Assembly (NCBI GenBank): GCA_963766075.1 | Contig: CAVYAN010000020.1 | Location: forward strand, 1 to 30,371 | DNA: 30,371 nt | DNA from: an uncultured cyanobacterium | GTDB taxonomy: Bacteria > Cyanobacteriota > Cyanobacteriia > Leptolyngbyales > Leptolyngbyaceae | Reading direction: 5' to 3' | Shown here: positions 21,882-30,371 of the stretch, in pieces | Position numbering within the stretch: the first letter of the stretch is position 1 | Layout of the letters: every line of letters begins with the position of its first letter | Position numbers and translations under genes: made by a program | The notes under the pieces: generated by a model | The model's input: the letters and a program-made list of their open reading frames with translations, nothing else | Told to the model about the DNA's origin: nothing | Database searches by the model: none

Positions 21882-23176
21882 TACTGTTTCACCATTCCTT
21901 CATAGCGTTGAGAAATGACATAGGTCTGAACTTGCTTGGCTGTGTCAATCGCCACCCCGACCACAATCAATAACGAGGTCGCCCCAATACTTTGAAACGT
22001 CGTCACTTTAGTCGCGCCTTCCACCGCCGTAGGCACAACGGCCACCATACCAAGGAAGATCGCCCCCAAGAACGTCAACCGATTTAAAACACGTTCGATA
22101 TAGTCACTGGTCGCTTTGCCAGGACGAATGCCCGGAACGCTAGCTCCCATCTTTTTCAGGTTCTGCGACATATCGACGGGGTTGACCACCAGCGAGGCAT
22201 AGAAATAGCTAAAGAATAGGATCAAGACCAAATAGAGCGCCACATGCACCCAGGGAGTGGGGCCATTGGAGCGCAAATAGGTGGCAAATTGAATTGCGTA
22301 TTCGTTTTTAGTAAAGTTGGCAATGAACTCCGGGAGGGTTAATACCGCCGAGGCAAAAATGATCGGCATTACCCCACCCTGGTTGAGACGCAGGGGTAAG
22401 TAGCTGCTGCGCTCCATAGTCATACGGCGTCCGACTTGGCGACGCGCGGAGAGAATGGGAATGCGGCGAGTCCCCTCTTGAACGAAAACGATCCCGACAA
22501 TCATCACCAAAAAGACGATGGACATGAGCACCACCCCACCGACGAGGTTGCGATCGCCCGTTTGTGCCAGTTCCAGAGTTTGACCGATGGAGGTGGGCAA
22601 ACTAGAAACAATATTGACAAAGATCAGCAGCGAGGCGCCATTGCCAATGCCCTGTTCCGTAATCAATTCTCCAACCCACATGACAAACATGGAGCCTGCG
22701 GTGAGCGCCAGTACAGTCTGCACAATAAAGAATGGGCTAAAGTCCGTCACGTAGGGACGAACCCACAGAGCAATCCCAATACTCTGCACAATCGCCCAGC
22801 CTAGGGACACTAGGCGAGTAATCTGAGCAATTTTGCGCCGCCCCGCTTCCCCTTCATTTTTCTGAAGATTTTCGAGGGCAGGCAAAGCCTGGGTCAGCAG
22901 TTGCAAAATAATTGAGGCATTAATATAGGGCAGAATGCCAAGGGCAAAGATACCGAGGGTAGCAATTCCAGAAAAAATATTCAGAAAGCCAACCAACGGG
23001 CTACCGGCAATACTGGCAGCAAAGGCAGCGCGATCGATCCCGGGCAGGGGTAGAAACGTGCCAAGTCTGACCAAAATCATCAGCCCTAGGGTGAGGAGAA
23101 TGCGTCCTCGTAACCCAGCAGCCTGTGCCATTTGGGCAAAGGTTTCTTGTGCTGTGGGTGCTTTATCTCGAACCAT
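21881..23176 (-). CDS. secY: Preprotein translocase SecY
   Basis: [42 protein letters not shown] and TSLLIVVGV. Confidence 0.98.
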   Translation of the reverse strand: MVRDKAPTAQETFAQMAQAAGLRGRILLTLGLMILVRLGTFLPLPGIDRAAFAASIAGSPLVGFLNIFSGIATLGIFALGILPYINASIILQLLTQALPALENLQKNEGEAGRRKIAQITRLVSLGWAIVQSIGIALWVRPYVTDFSPFFIVQTVLALTAGSMFVMWVGELITEQGIGNGASLLIFVNIVSSLPTSIGQTLELAQTGDRNLVGGVVLMSIVFLVMIVGIVFVQEGTRRIPILSARRQVGRRMTMERSSYLPLRLNQGGVMPIIFASAVLTLPEFIANFTKNEYAIQFATYLRSNGPTPWVHVALYLVLILFFSYFYASLVVNPVDMSQNLKKMGASVPGIRPGKATSDYIERVLNRLTFLGAIFLGMVAVVPTAVEGATKVTTFQSIGATSLLIVVGVAIDTAKQVQTYVISQRYEGMVKQ

Positions 23177-23427
23177 ATTAGGTGTGCCTCGTCGGGTGTT
23201 GGGTGCGATTGGGCGTCAGTAACAAACATCCCCAGCTTTCCATGCTACCAGAGGTCAGGGTGTTCAGGGAGCTGAAAACTGGATTCTGCTCGGGGATGGG
23301 CGATCGCAGTTTGCCCAACTCAATGAAGAGATAAGGCCCCCAATAAAAAACAGCGCCCCCAATCGTAATGGAGAACGCAGTTTTTATCAAAAATTGATTC
23401 AGACAAACTTTTGCAATAATGTCAGAA

Positions 23428-23904
23428 CTAATTCGCCGACCGAAGCCACTTCACAGGACCCTTAAGAATTTCACAAGAGCCCTGAGCAGCCTCAATCTTG
23501 GCTTTTGCAGACGCACTGAACTGCGCCGCTGTCACCTTTAACGCCACAGTAACTTCGCCAGTACCCAGCACCTTGAGGGGTCCATCATCTTGGGTAACAA
23601 TCCCAGCAGCCAGCAGGGATTCCAGCGTGACCTCAGTATCAGCCGCTAGATTGGCTAAGTCCTCAACATTGATAATCGTATAATGCTTCCGATTCACCAA
23701 CGGAAAACCCTTTAACTTAGGAAGGCGACGGTAAAGGGGAGTTTGGCCACCTTCAAAGCCAGGTCGGGTCGGGCGACCCGAGCGAGACTTTTGCCCCCGC
23801 ATTCCAAAACCACAGCTTGCCCCTTGCCCTGCAGCAATGCCTCGGCCAACGCGACGCTTGCGCTTAGTAGAGCCCGGTTGGGGAGTAACATCATCGATTC
23901 TCAT
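23428..23904 (-). CDS. rplO: 50S ribosomal protein L15
   Basis: [23 protein letters not shown]...[15 protein letters not shown]. Confidence 0.97.
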   Translation of the reverse strand: MRIDDVTPQPGSTKRKRRVGRGIAAGQGASCGFGMRGQKSRSGRPTRPGFEGGQTPLYRRLPKLKGFPLVNRKHYTIINVEDLANLAADTEVTLESLLAAGIVTQDDGPLKVLGTGEVTVALKVTAAQFSASAKAKIEAAQGSCEILKGPVKWLRSAN

Positions 23905-23969
23905 GGTCTCTTTACCGATTTTAGAATGGAGATTATGAATTACAAATCGCAGCGTAACAAACTGCCGCT

Positions 23970-24530
23970 CTAAGCCTTGGCGCTCGGCAGCAACAGATAC
24001 GAGACCGGAATCCCCCGATCTTCCGCTACTTCTGTAAACGTACGTAGACCGGATAAAGCATTGACAGCCGCCCGAGCATTATTTAATGGATTACCCGATC
24101 CCAACTGTTTCGCCAAGATATTCTTGACACCTGCCATTTCTAGCACTGTACGTACAGATCCGCCAGCAATTACACCGGTACCGGGAGCCGCAGGGCGCAT
24201 CATCACCTTTGCCCCACCCCCAGCTCCCGTTGAAGGGTGGGGAATTGAGTTAGAACGGGTTAGGGGAACTTCCACTAAGTGCTTTTTGCCATCAGCAACC
24301 CCTTTTTTAACGGCACCGATAACATCTGCAGCTTTGCCAACACCAACACCCACCTGGCCACGCTCATTACCGACCACCACAATGGCCCGGAAACTCAGCT
24401 TCTTACCACCTTTGACAACCTTCGTCACCCGCCGAATTTGCACAACACGCTCTTGCCATTCGGACTCTTTCTCCCGCGCTTTATCTTTGTTACCTTTCTT
24501 TCCGCCGCTGCGTTCACGTTCCTTAGCCAT
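23970..24530 (-). CDS. rpsE: 30S ribosomal protein S5
   Basis: [14 protein letters not shown] and [12 protein letters not shown]. Confidence 0.98.
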   Translation of the reverse strand: MAKERERSGGKKGNKDKAREKESEWQERVVQIRRVTKVVKGGKKLSFRAIVVVGNERGQVGVGVGKAADVIGAVKKGVADGKKHLVEVPLTRSNSIPHPSTGAGGGAKVMMRPAAPGTGVIAGGSVRTVLEMAGVKNILAKQLGSGNPLNNARAAVNALSGLRTFTEVAEDRGIPVSYLLLPSAKA

Positions 24531-24555
24531 AAGTCTTCCCGTAAATTGCTAGTTA

Positions 24556-24597
24556 GTCATTTGTCATTTGTCATTTGTCATTTGTCATTTGTCATTT
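24556..24597. repeat. Heptamer tandem repeat (GTCATTT)6, STRR2-type
   Basis: Six perfect copies in the rplR-rpsE spacer. A rotation of the unit (TTTGTCA) fits the cyanobacterial STRR2 consensus TT(G/T)GTCA. Confidence 0.92.
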
Positions 24598-24704
24598 GGC
24601 TTGGGCGTAGATCGCAAAGCTTCTGAAGAAGTTTATCCGAAGAAACTAAATTTACCGATCTGTTACCAGCGACCCGCAACGTATGACTCCTGACGAGTGA
24701 CCAA

Positions 24705-25064
24705 TTAGAAATTAAGTCCGGCTTCGCGAGCGGCATCTGCTAGAGCCTTAACGCGACCATGATATAGATTACCACCCCGGTCAAAAACAACCGTGCTAAC
24801 GCCTTTCGCTAAAAGACGCTCTGCCACCAATTTCCCAACCGCAACAGCAGCATCACAATTGGAGCCGGAATCAAGGGTTTTGAGCGCCGGATCCACTGTA
24901 GAGGCAGATGCCAGCGTTGCCTGAGCTACATCATCGATCGCCTGAACATAAATATGATGATTCGACCGAAAAACGGCTAGCCGAGGACAATCGACCGTCC
25001 CACTTAGCTTGCGACGAATACGGGTATGACGGCGACGTGTAGATTCTTTGCGTGTCAGTTTCAT
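24705..25064 (-). CDS. rplR: 50S ribosomal protein L18
   Basis: [13 protein letters not shown] and [21 protein letters not shown]. Confidence 0.98.
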   Translation of the reverse strand: MKLTRKESTRRRHTRIRRKLSGTVDCPRLAVFRSNHHIYVQAIDDVAQATLASASTVDPALKTLDSGSNCDAAVAVGKLVAERLLAKGVSTVVFDRGGNLYHGRVKALADAAREAGLNF

Positions 25065-25067
25065 AAC

Positions 25068-25607
25068 CTATTTCTTCCCTGCCTTACCAGCCTTACGTCT
25101 GACAACCTCACCTGCATAGCGAATGCCCTTACCTTTGTAGGGTTCCGGCGGACGCACAGCTCGCACCTTAGCCGCGGTGTTGCCAACAATTTCTTTATCG
25201 ATACCACTAATAATCACATTTGTGGTGCCTTCGACAGCAAACGTGATGCCATCCGGCGGTTCAATATTCACGGGGTGGCTATAGCCCATACTGAGGTTCA
25301 GGTTTTTACCCTGGACGGCAGCCCGGTAGCCCACGCCTTGAATTTCTAAACGCTTGCTAAACCCCTGGGATACCCCATCTACCATATTGGCGACCAGAGT
25401 GCGCGAGAGTCCGTGGCGCTGGCGCGCCGCCCGAGATTCATCGCGGCGGGTGACAGTAACGGTTTCCCCTTCTTGAGCGACAATCACCTCTCCAGGTAAA
25501 ACGCGGGAGAGTTCGCCCTTAGGACCTTTCACTTTGACCGATTGCCCATCAATGGTTACCGTGACGTTTTTGGGAACCGGGATGGGTCTTTTACCAATCC
25601 GAGACAT
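25068..25607 (-). CDS. rplF: 50S ribosomal protein L6
   Basis: [15 protein letters not shown] and [13 protein letters not shown]. Confidence 0.98.
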   Translation of the reverse strand: MSRIGKRPIPVPKNVTVTIDGQSVKVKGPKGELSRVLPGEVIVAQEGETVTVTRRDESRAARQRHGLSRTLVANMVDGVSQGFSKRLEIQGVGYRAAVQGKNLNLSMGYSHPVNIEPPDGITFAVEGTTNVIISGIDKEIVGNTAAKVRAVRPPEPYKGKGIRYAGEVVRRKAGKAGKK

Positions 25608-25632
25608 AACACATTACTCCTATCAACCAGGT

Positions 25633-26034
25633 TCACCAAACGTAACAGAGCACTTCCCCGCCCAAGCCGCTGGTGCGGGCTTGGCGATCCGTCATAATGC
25701 CACTCGAGGTGGATACAATGGCAATCCCAATGCCACCCAAAACCCGGGGCAAGTCTTTGCAGGTGGTGTAAACCCGGAATCCCGGTTTGCTGACCCGCTT
25801 CAGAGTGGTGATGATGGGCTTTTTCGTCCGACCTTTGTATTTCAAGGTGACAACGAGAACTTTCTTCACGCCCTCGCCGGTTTCCTCGAAACTTGTGATA
25901 AATCCTTCGTCCACCAAGACTTTGGCAATATTGCGGGTCATCTTGGTGGAGGGGACTTCGGTGGTGGTGTGACGCGCCATAACAGCGTTCCGAATGCGCG
26001 TCAACATATCTGCAATAGTATCGTTTACCGCCAT
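25633..26034 (-). CDS. rpsH: 30S ribosomal protein S8
   Basis: [20 protein letters not shown] and GGEVLCYVW. Confidence 0.98.
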   Translation of the reverse strand: MAVNDTIADMLTRIRNAVMARHTTTEVPSTKMTRNIAKVLVDEGFITSFEETGEGVKKVLVVTLKYKGRTKKPIITTLKRVSKPGFRVYTTCKDLPRVLGGIGIAIVSTSSGIMTDRQARTSGLGGEVLCYVW

Positions 26035-26058
26035 AGTGTTCCCTTGATAAAACCTGCC

Positions 26059-26604
26059 TTAGTTCTCACGGAAGGGCATGCCAAACTCTTTGAGTAAAGC
26101 GCGACCTTCTTCGTCGTTGTTTGCAGTGGTGATGATGGAAATGTCCATGCCTCGGATCTGGTCGATGCTGTCATACTCAATTTCCGGGAAAATAATCTGT
26201 TCCCGAACCCCCAACGTGTAGTTGCCCCGTCCATCAAAACTCTTGGGGCTGATGCCACGAAAGTCGCGAATTCGAGGGAGCGACAAGTTGACGAGACGAT
26301 CCAAAAAGGTATACATCCGGTCTGCTCGTAGCGTTACCATGATGCCAACAGGCATCCCTTGCCGCAGCTTAAAGCCCGCGATCGCCTTCTTTGCCCGGGT
26401 AACTACAGGCTTTTGCCCAGTAATAGTGGCAATCTCCGCCAAAGAGGCTTCCAATGCCTTAGCATTTTGTGCCGCTTCGCCCATACCGCGATTCACTGTG
26501 ATTTTGACCAGCTTGGGCACTTCATGGATATTTTCGTACTTAAACTGTTCCATCAACTTGGGAACAATTTTTTCCTGATATTCAGCTTTTAATCGATTTG
26601 GCAT
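26059..26604 (-). CDS. rplE: 50S ribosomal protein L5
   Basis: [23 protein letters not shown] and IFPEI.YD. Confidence 0.98.
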   Translation of the reverse strand: MPNRLKAEYQEKIVPKLMEQFKYENIHEVPKLVKITVNRGMGEAAQNAKALEASLAEIATITGQKPVVTRAKKAIAGFKLRQGMPVGIMVTLRADRMYTFLDRLVNLSLPRIRDFRGISPKSFDGRGNYTLGVREQIIFPEIEYDSIDQIRGMDISIITTANNDEEGRALLKEFGMPFREN

Positions 26605-26660
26605 AGTGTTTTAGATCTTGGATTGATCCCTGGGCTTGGTCAGGGGTGGATACAGCATAA

Positions 26661-27002
26661 CTAATCAAGAATTTCGCCAGTTTTTTTAAGAACTCTGACC
26701 TTCTTGCCGTCTTTATTAACGGTATAACCAACACGACTGGCTACTTTTTGTTTTTGAGAGTAGAGCATGACCTTAGAACTGTGAATCGGATACTCTTGGG
26801 TAATAATTTGGCCCGATTCACCTTCTTCCTTCGGCTTCACGTGCTTTGTTTTTAGGTTTACGCCTTTAACGATAACCTTGCTGCCCTTGGGGATCGCCTG
26901 TAAAATTTCACCGATCTTGCCTTTATCAGACCCAGAAATGACTTGTACAGTGTCACCTTTTTTAACGTGCAGCTTGACACGGACTTCTGCTACTTTACCC
27001 AT
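26661..27002 (-). CDS. rplX: 50S ribosomal protein L24
   Basis: [18 protein letters not shown] (KOW motif). The ATG at 27002 overlaps the rplN stop (TGATG). Confidence 0.96.
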   Translation of the reverse strand: MGKVAEVRVKLHVKKGDTVQVISGSDKGKIGEILQAIPKGSKVIVKGVNLKTKHVKPKEEGESGQIITQEYPIHSSKVMLYSQKQKVASRVGYTVNKDGKKVRVLKKTGEILD

Positions 27003-27367
27003 CACAGCACCTCCGGAGCGAGGGAAACGATCTTCATGAAGTTTTTCTCGCGCAATTCGCGAGCCACGGGACCAAAGACGCGGGTGCCCTTGGGATTACC
27101 GTCTTTATTGATGATCACAGCAGCATTATCATCAAAGCGAATACTCATACCGCTGTCACGGCGTAGAGTGTGCTTCGTACGGACAATCACAGCAGTGACC
27201 ACATCGGACTTTTTAACACCCATATTGGGCATAGCGTCCTTAACAACAGCAATAATAGTGTCGCCCACCCCCGCAAAGCTGCGGTTGCCCCCGAGGACAC
27301 GAATACACATCAACTTTTTGGCACCGCTATTGTCGGCAACATTCAAGTAACTCTCTTGCTGAATCAT
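27002..27367 (-). CDS. rplN: 50S ribosomal protein L14
   Basis: [16 protein letters not shown] and [13 protein letters not shown]. Confidence 0.98.
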   Translation of the reverse strand: MIQQESYLNVADNSGAKKLMCIRVLGGNRSFAGVGDTIIAVVKDAMPNMGVKKSDVVTAVIVRTKHTLRRDSGMSIRFDDNAAVIINKDGNPKGTRVFGPVARELREKNFMKIVSLAPEVL

Positions 27368-27378
27368 GATGAGTCCTC

Positions 27379-27627
27379 CTATCCTTGAGTCGTTGTCATA
27401 ATTTCAGCAATTGCCCAGCGCTTAGTCCGGCTGAGAGGACGGGTTTCACGGATACGCACACGATCGCCCTCCTTGCACTTATTTTCTTCGTCATGCGCCT
27501 TATAGCGCGTCGTTTTAACGACGATCTTGCCGTATTTGGGATGCGCCGAGCGGTTCTCTACGGCAACCACCACAGTTTTTTGCATCTTATTGCTGACGAC
27601 TACGCCAACTCGTTCTTTAACTGCCAT
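27379..27627 (-). CDS. rpsQ: 30S ribosomal protein S17
   Basis: [17 protein letters not shown] and [11 protein letters not shown]. Confidence 0.98.
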   Translation of the reverse strand: MAVKERVGVVVSNKMQKTVVVAVENRSAHPKYGKIVVKTTRYKAHDEENKCKEGDRVRIRETRPLSRTKRWAIAEIMTTTQG

Positions 27628-27697
27628 CGGTCTACTCCAATTAGAGATGAGGGGGGTAAGGGGGTGATCATAAGGTGAAAGGAGGATGAGTCATCCT

Positions 27698-27913
27698 TCA
27701 CGCGTCCGCCACCTTTTTCAATTGCCGTTCTCGCTCTAGAGTCATCAACTGGGACAGTTTATGCTTGACGTGCTTGAACTGGTGCGGCTTGTCCATCCGA
27801 CGCGTACCTTTCTGGAACCGAAGCTGGAACAACTCCTTTTTGGTATCTGCAATTGCGGTATCCAATTCAGCATCGGTCAATTCACGAAACTCTTTAATCT
27901 TAGGAAGAGGCAT
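27698..27913 (-). CDS. rpmC: 50S ribosomal protein L29
   Basis: KKELFQLRFQK...KPHQFK; located between rplP and rpsQ. Confidence 0.95.
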   Translation of the reverse strand: MPLPKIKEFRELTDAELDTAIADTKKELFQLRFQKGTRRMDKPHQFKHVKHKLSQLMTLERERQLKKVADA

Positions 27914-27916
27914 AGG

Positions 27917-28336
27917 TCAGGACTCCTCCGACACACGGGTAATGAACTTGGTTTTAATGGGCAGTTTATACTGAGCCAGGCGCATGGCTTCCTTCGCCGT
28001 TGCTTCAGGCACACCGGCAATTTCGAACATGATCCGTCCCGGCTTCACAACGGCTACCCAAAACTCGGGGTTTCCTTTACCAGAACCCATCCGGGTTTCC
28101 GCAGCACGCTGAGTAACAGGCTTATCGGGGAAAATCCGAATCCAAATCTTGCCACCCCGGCGAATAAAGCGAGTCATGGCCCGCCGACTGGCTTCAATCT
28201 GGCGGGCGGTGATCCAGTGACATTCTTGAGCCTGCAGCCCAAACTCACCAAAGTTGAGTGTGTTGCCCCGGCTAGCCATGCCACTCATGCGACCGCGCTG
28301 CTGTTTGCGAAATTTAGTTCGTCTTGGACTTAACAT
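27917..28336 (-). CDS. rplP: 50S ribosomal protein L16
   Basis: [22 protein letters not shown] and RMGSGKG. Confidence 0.98.
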   Translation of the reverse strand: MLSPRRTKFRKQQRGRMSGMASRGNTLNFGEFGLQAQECHWITARQIEASRRAMTRFIRRGGKIWIRIFPDKPVTQRAAETRMGSGKGNPEFWVAVVKPGRIMFEIAGVPEATAKEAMRLAQYKLPIKTKFITRVSEES

Positions 28337-28434
28337 AACGGGTTACCTAAACATTCAGGGAGGGGTTTGCGGTTTGGGGCGCAAAGTGGATTAACTGCGA
28401 ATCAAGCCCACAGCTCACACCTTGCACCTCCCAC

Positions 28435-29166
28435 CTATCCTTCATTAGAGCGATCTTCAAACTGTTGACGACGACGCTGATTACGACGGGGCTGTTTCGC
28501 AGCGGGCTGAAGCACTTCAATCTCTTGCCCCGGAATGCGTTCGCCTTTAAAGATCCAAGTCTTGATGCCAAGAGTGCCATAGATCGTTTGGGCAGTGACA
28601 TAGGCGTAATCAATATCAGCCCGCAACGTGTGCAGGGGAACCCGACCCTCACGAGTCCATTCAGGACGGGCAATTTCCGCCCCATTCAAACGCCCACTGA
28701 CTTGAATCTTGATGCCTTCAATACCCGCCCGTTGAGCCCGCTGAATGGCTTGACGAACCACACGACGAAAGGAAACTCGCCGCTCAAGCTGTTGGGCAAT
28801 GTATTCCCCAATCAAGGCCGCATCCGCATCAACCCGAGCCACCTCAACGACATTGATACGAATTTGGCGATCGCCCGCCCCTAGGTCCTTGAGAAGTCCC
28901 TGACGCAACGTTTCAATCCCAGTGCCACCCCGACCGACCACCACGCCGGGACGAGCCGTGCGAACTTCCAGGTCAACCTGATCGGCCTTCCGTTCAATGC
29001 GCACCTCGGAAATCCCGGCGCTGGCCAGATTTTTCCGAATAAACTTGCGGATTTTGGCATCTTCTTCGATCAAAGCCGGATAGCGCTTTGCATCGCTATA
29101 CCAGCACGAGCGATGTTCCTGGGTAATGCCTAGGCGAAAGCCAACTGGATTAATCTTTTGTCCCAC
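28435..29166 (-). CDS. rpsC: 30S ribosomal protein S3 (GTG start)
   Basis: [23 protein letters not shown] and [14 protein letters not shown]. Confidence 0.98.
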   Translation of the reverse strand: MGQKINPVGFRLGITQEHRSCWYSDAKRYPALIEEDAKIRKFIRKNLASAGISEVRIERKADQVDLEVRTARPGVVVGRGGTGIETLRQGLLKDLGAGDRQIRINVVEVARVDADAALIGEYIAQQLERRVSFRRVVRQAIQRAQRAGIEGIKIQVSGRLNGAEIARPEWTREGRVPLHTLRADIDYAYVTAQTIYGTLGIKTWIFKGERIPGQEIEVLQPAAKQPRRNQRRRQQFEDRSNEG

Positions 29167-29271
29167 GGGAGCCTCTTTTCGGATTTTGGATTGCAGGTTG
29201 GTAAAGGGGGAGAGTCATTCCGATGAATCTACTCTCCAGGAAAACGTCCGGGATGGGTACCGAAGAATGAT

Positions 29272-29631
29272 TTAGCCTTCCGCCCCAGGAGCGACGGCAA
29301 TAGTAATGTGGCACGTCGGCTTGCGGATTTGATAGGCCCGCCCCTGAGCGCGAGGACGAAACCGCTTCAATACAGGCCCTTGATCGGCAAACGCCGAACT
29401 GACCATTAAGCTGGCGCGATCCATCCCTTCGTTATGCTCGGCATTGGCAGCGGCGGACCGCAGCAGCTTGAGCACAGGCTCACAGGCGCGATAGGGCATA
29501 AATTCCAGAATAATTAATGCTTCGCGGTAACTGCGTCCCCGAATTTGATCCAGTACACGCCGCACCTTATGGGGCGACATACGGATGTATCGGGCGATCG
29601 CTTTTACTTCATATCCAGTTTCAACAGCCAT
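29272..29631 (-). CDS. rplV: 50S ribosomal protein L22
   Basis: [15 protein letters not shown] and [11 protein letters not shown]. Confidence 0.98.
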   Translation of the reverse strand: MAVETGYEVKAIARYIRMSPHKVRRVLDQIRGRSYREALIILEFMPYRACEPVLKLLRSAAANAEHNEGMDRASLMVSSAFADQGPVLKRFRPRAQGRAYQIRKPTCHITIAVAPGAEG

Positions 29632-29694
29632 GTTTGTTCTCCGCTCTTTTCCTCTCCCCTTGGCATGAGTAGCTCATCGCTACCCACCAAATTT

Positions 29695-29973
29695 CTATCG
29701 ACGCGATTTCTTATCTGTACCCGCATGACCACGAAAGGAGCGCGTGGGCGCAAATTCACCCAACTTGTGTCCCACCATTTGCTCTGTTACATAGACTGGA
29801 ACATGCTGCCGACCGTTGTGAACGGCAATGGTCAATCCAATCATCTGCGGCAGAATTGTCGAAGCCCGCGACCAGGTCTTAATTACCGAATTATCGCCAC
29901 GCTCCCGCGCCTTCTCGACTTTTTTCATCAGATGATCCGCTACAAACGGACCCTTTTTCAACGAACGTCCCAT
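29695..29973 (-). CDS. rpsS: 30S ribosomal protein S19
   Basis: [18 protein letters not shown] and [13 protein letters not shown]. Confidence 0.98.
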   Translation of the reverse strand: MGRSLKKGPFVADHLMKKVEKARERGDNSVIKTWSRASTILPQMIGLTIAVHNGRQHVPVYVTEQMVGHKLGEFAPTRSFRGHAGTDKKSRR

Positions 29974-30021
29974 AGTTTTGCTCTATCCCTGTAAAAGTGG
30001 CCAGTTGAAGACTCAAATCAA

Positions 30022-30371
30022 TTACGCTTCTCTTCCGCCCTTCCCGCGTTTGGAGGACTTCCGACGACGACGAACGATGTATTGACTGCTGGTCTTCTTT
30101 TTCTTGCGGGTTTTCGCACCCAAGGCAGGCTTACCCCAGGGAGTTACAGGACCAGAACGGCCAATCGGTGCCCGCCCTTCCCCGCCATGGGGGTGGTCAC
30201 AGGGGTTCATCACACTACCGCGCACCTCCGGGCGACGTCCCAGATGACGCTTACGGCCCGCCTTACCCAGACTGGTATTGCGCACTTCAGCATTACCCAC
30301 AGCACCGATAGTGGCGTAGCACTCCTTACGAATCATCCGAACTTCCGTGGAAGGCAACTTCAAAGTAACGT
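30022..30371 (-). CDS. rplB: 50S ribosomal protein L2, 3' part (start lies outside the window)
   Basis: GKAGRKR...[18 protein letters not shown]...PVTPWGKP. Confidence 0.97.
   Translation of the reverse strand, partial: VTLKLPSTEVRMIRKECYATIGAVGNAEVRNTSLGKAGRKRHLGRRPEVRGSVMNPCDHPHGGEGRAPIGRSGPVTPWGKPALGAKTRKKKKTSSQYIVRRRRKSSKRGKGGREA

Noticed and set aside
23178..23390. 70-aa ORF in the rplO-secY spacer
   Set aside because: TTG start, no clear SD and no recognisable motif. It cannot be supported from sequence alone.
18430..26604. Missing rpsD, rpsN and rpmD in the alpha/spc clusters
   Set aside because: This is the normal cyanobacterial arrangement.
20114..29166. GTG/TTG starts of rpsM, infA, adk and rpsC
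   Set aside because: Common for these genes in cyanobacteria.
23977..29994. Long plus-strand ORFs (e.g. 23977..24552, 25534..26097, 27761..28333)
   Set aside because: Antisense shadows of conserved ribosomal protein genes.

Overview
Cyanobacterial chromosome segment (frequent HIP1 GCGATCGC octamers, kaiABC, cyanobacterial ribosomal-protein operon layout). About 1-4.6 kb: the 5' part of minC, then a small accessory island with a DUF559 (Vsr-like) endonuclease followed by a ~153-bp-period array of palindromic doublets, a Pepco gene coupled to a caspase-GUN4 gene whose 3' end has an A-free G/T-rich stretch, a hypothetical gene and a BrnT/BrnA toxin-antitoxin pair. About 4.7-14.4 kb: plant-type glycerate kinase, fni, pyrR, kaiC-kaiB-kaiA and, divergent from kaiA, a large CBS-HisKA-HATPase kinase with three degenerate receiver domains. 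About 14.5-30.4 kb: the minus-strand S10-spc-alpha cluster from rplB (partial) to rpmE and prfA. At least eight single-base frameshifts, several in short homopolymers, break the accessory genes and the kinase, which suggests sequencing or assembly error. The best candidates for undescribed biology are the nuclease-associated palindrome array and the possibly hypervariable GUN4 C-terminus. No database searches were run; family calls rest on recognised motifs.
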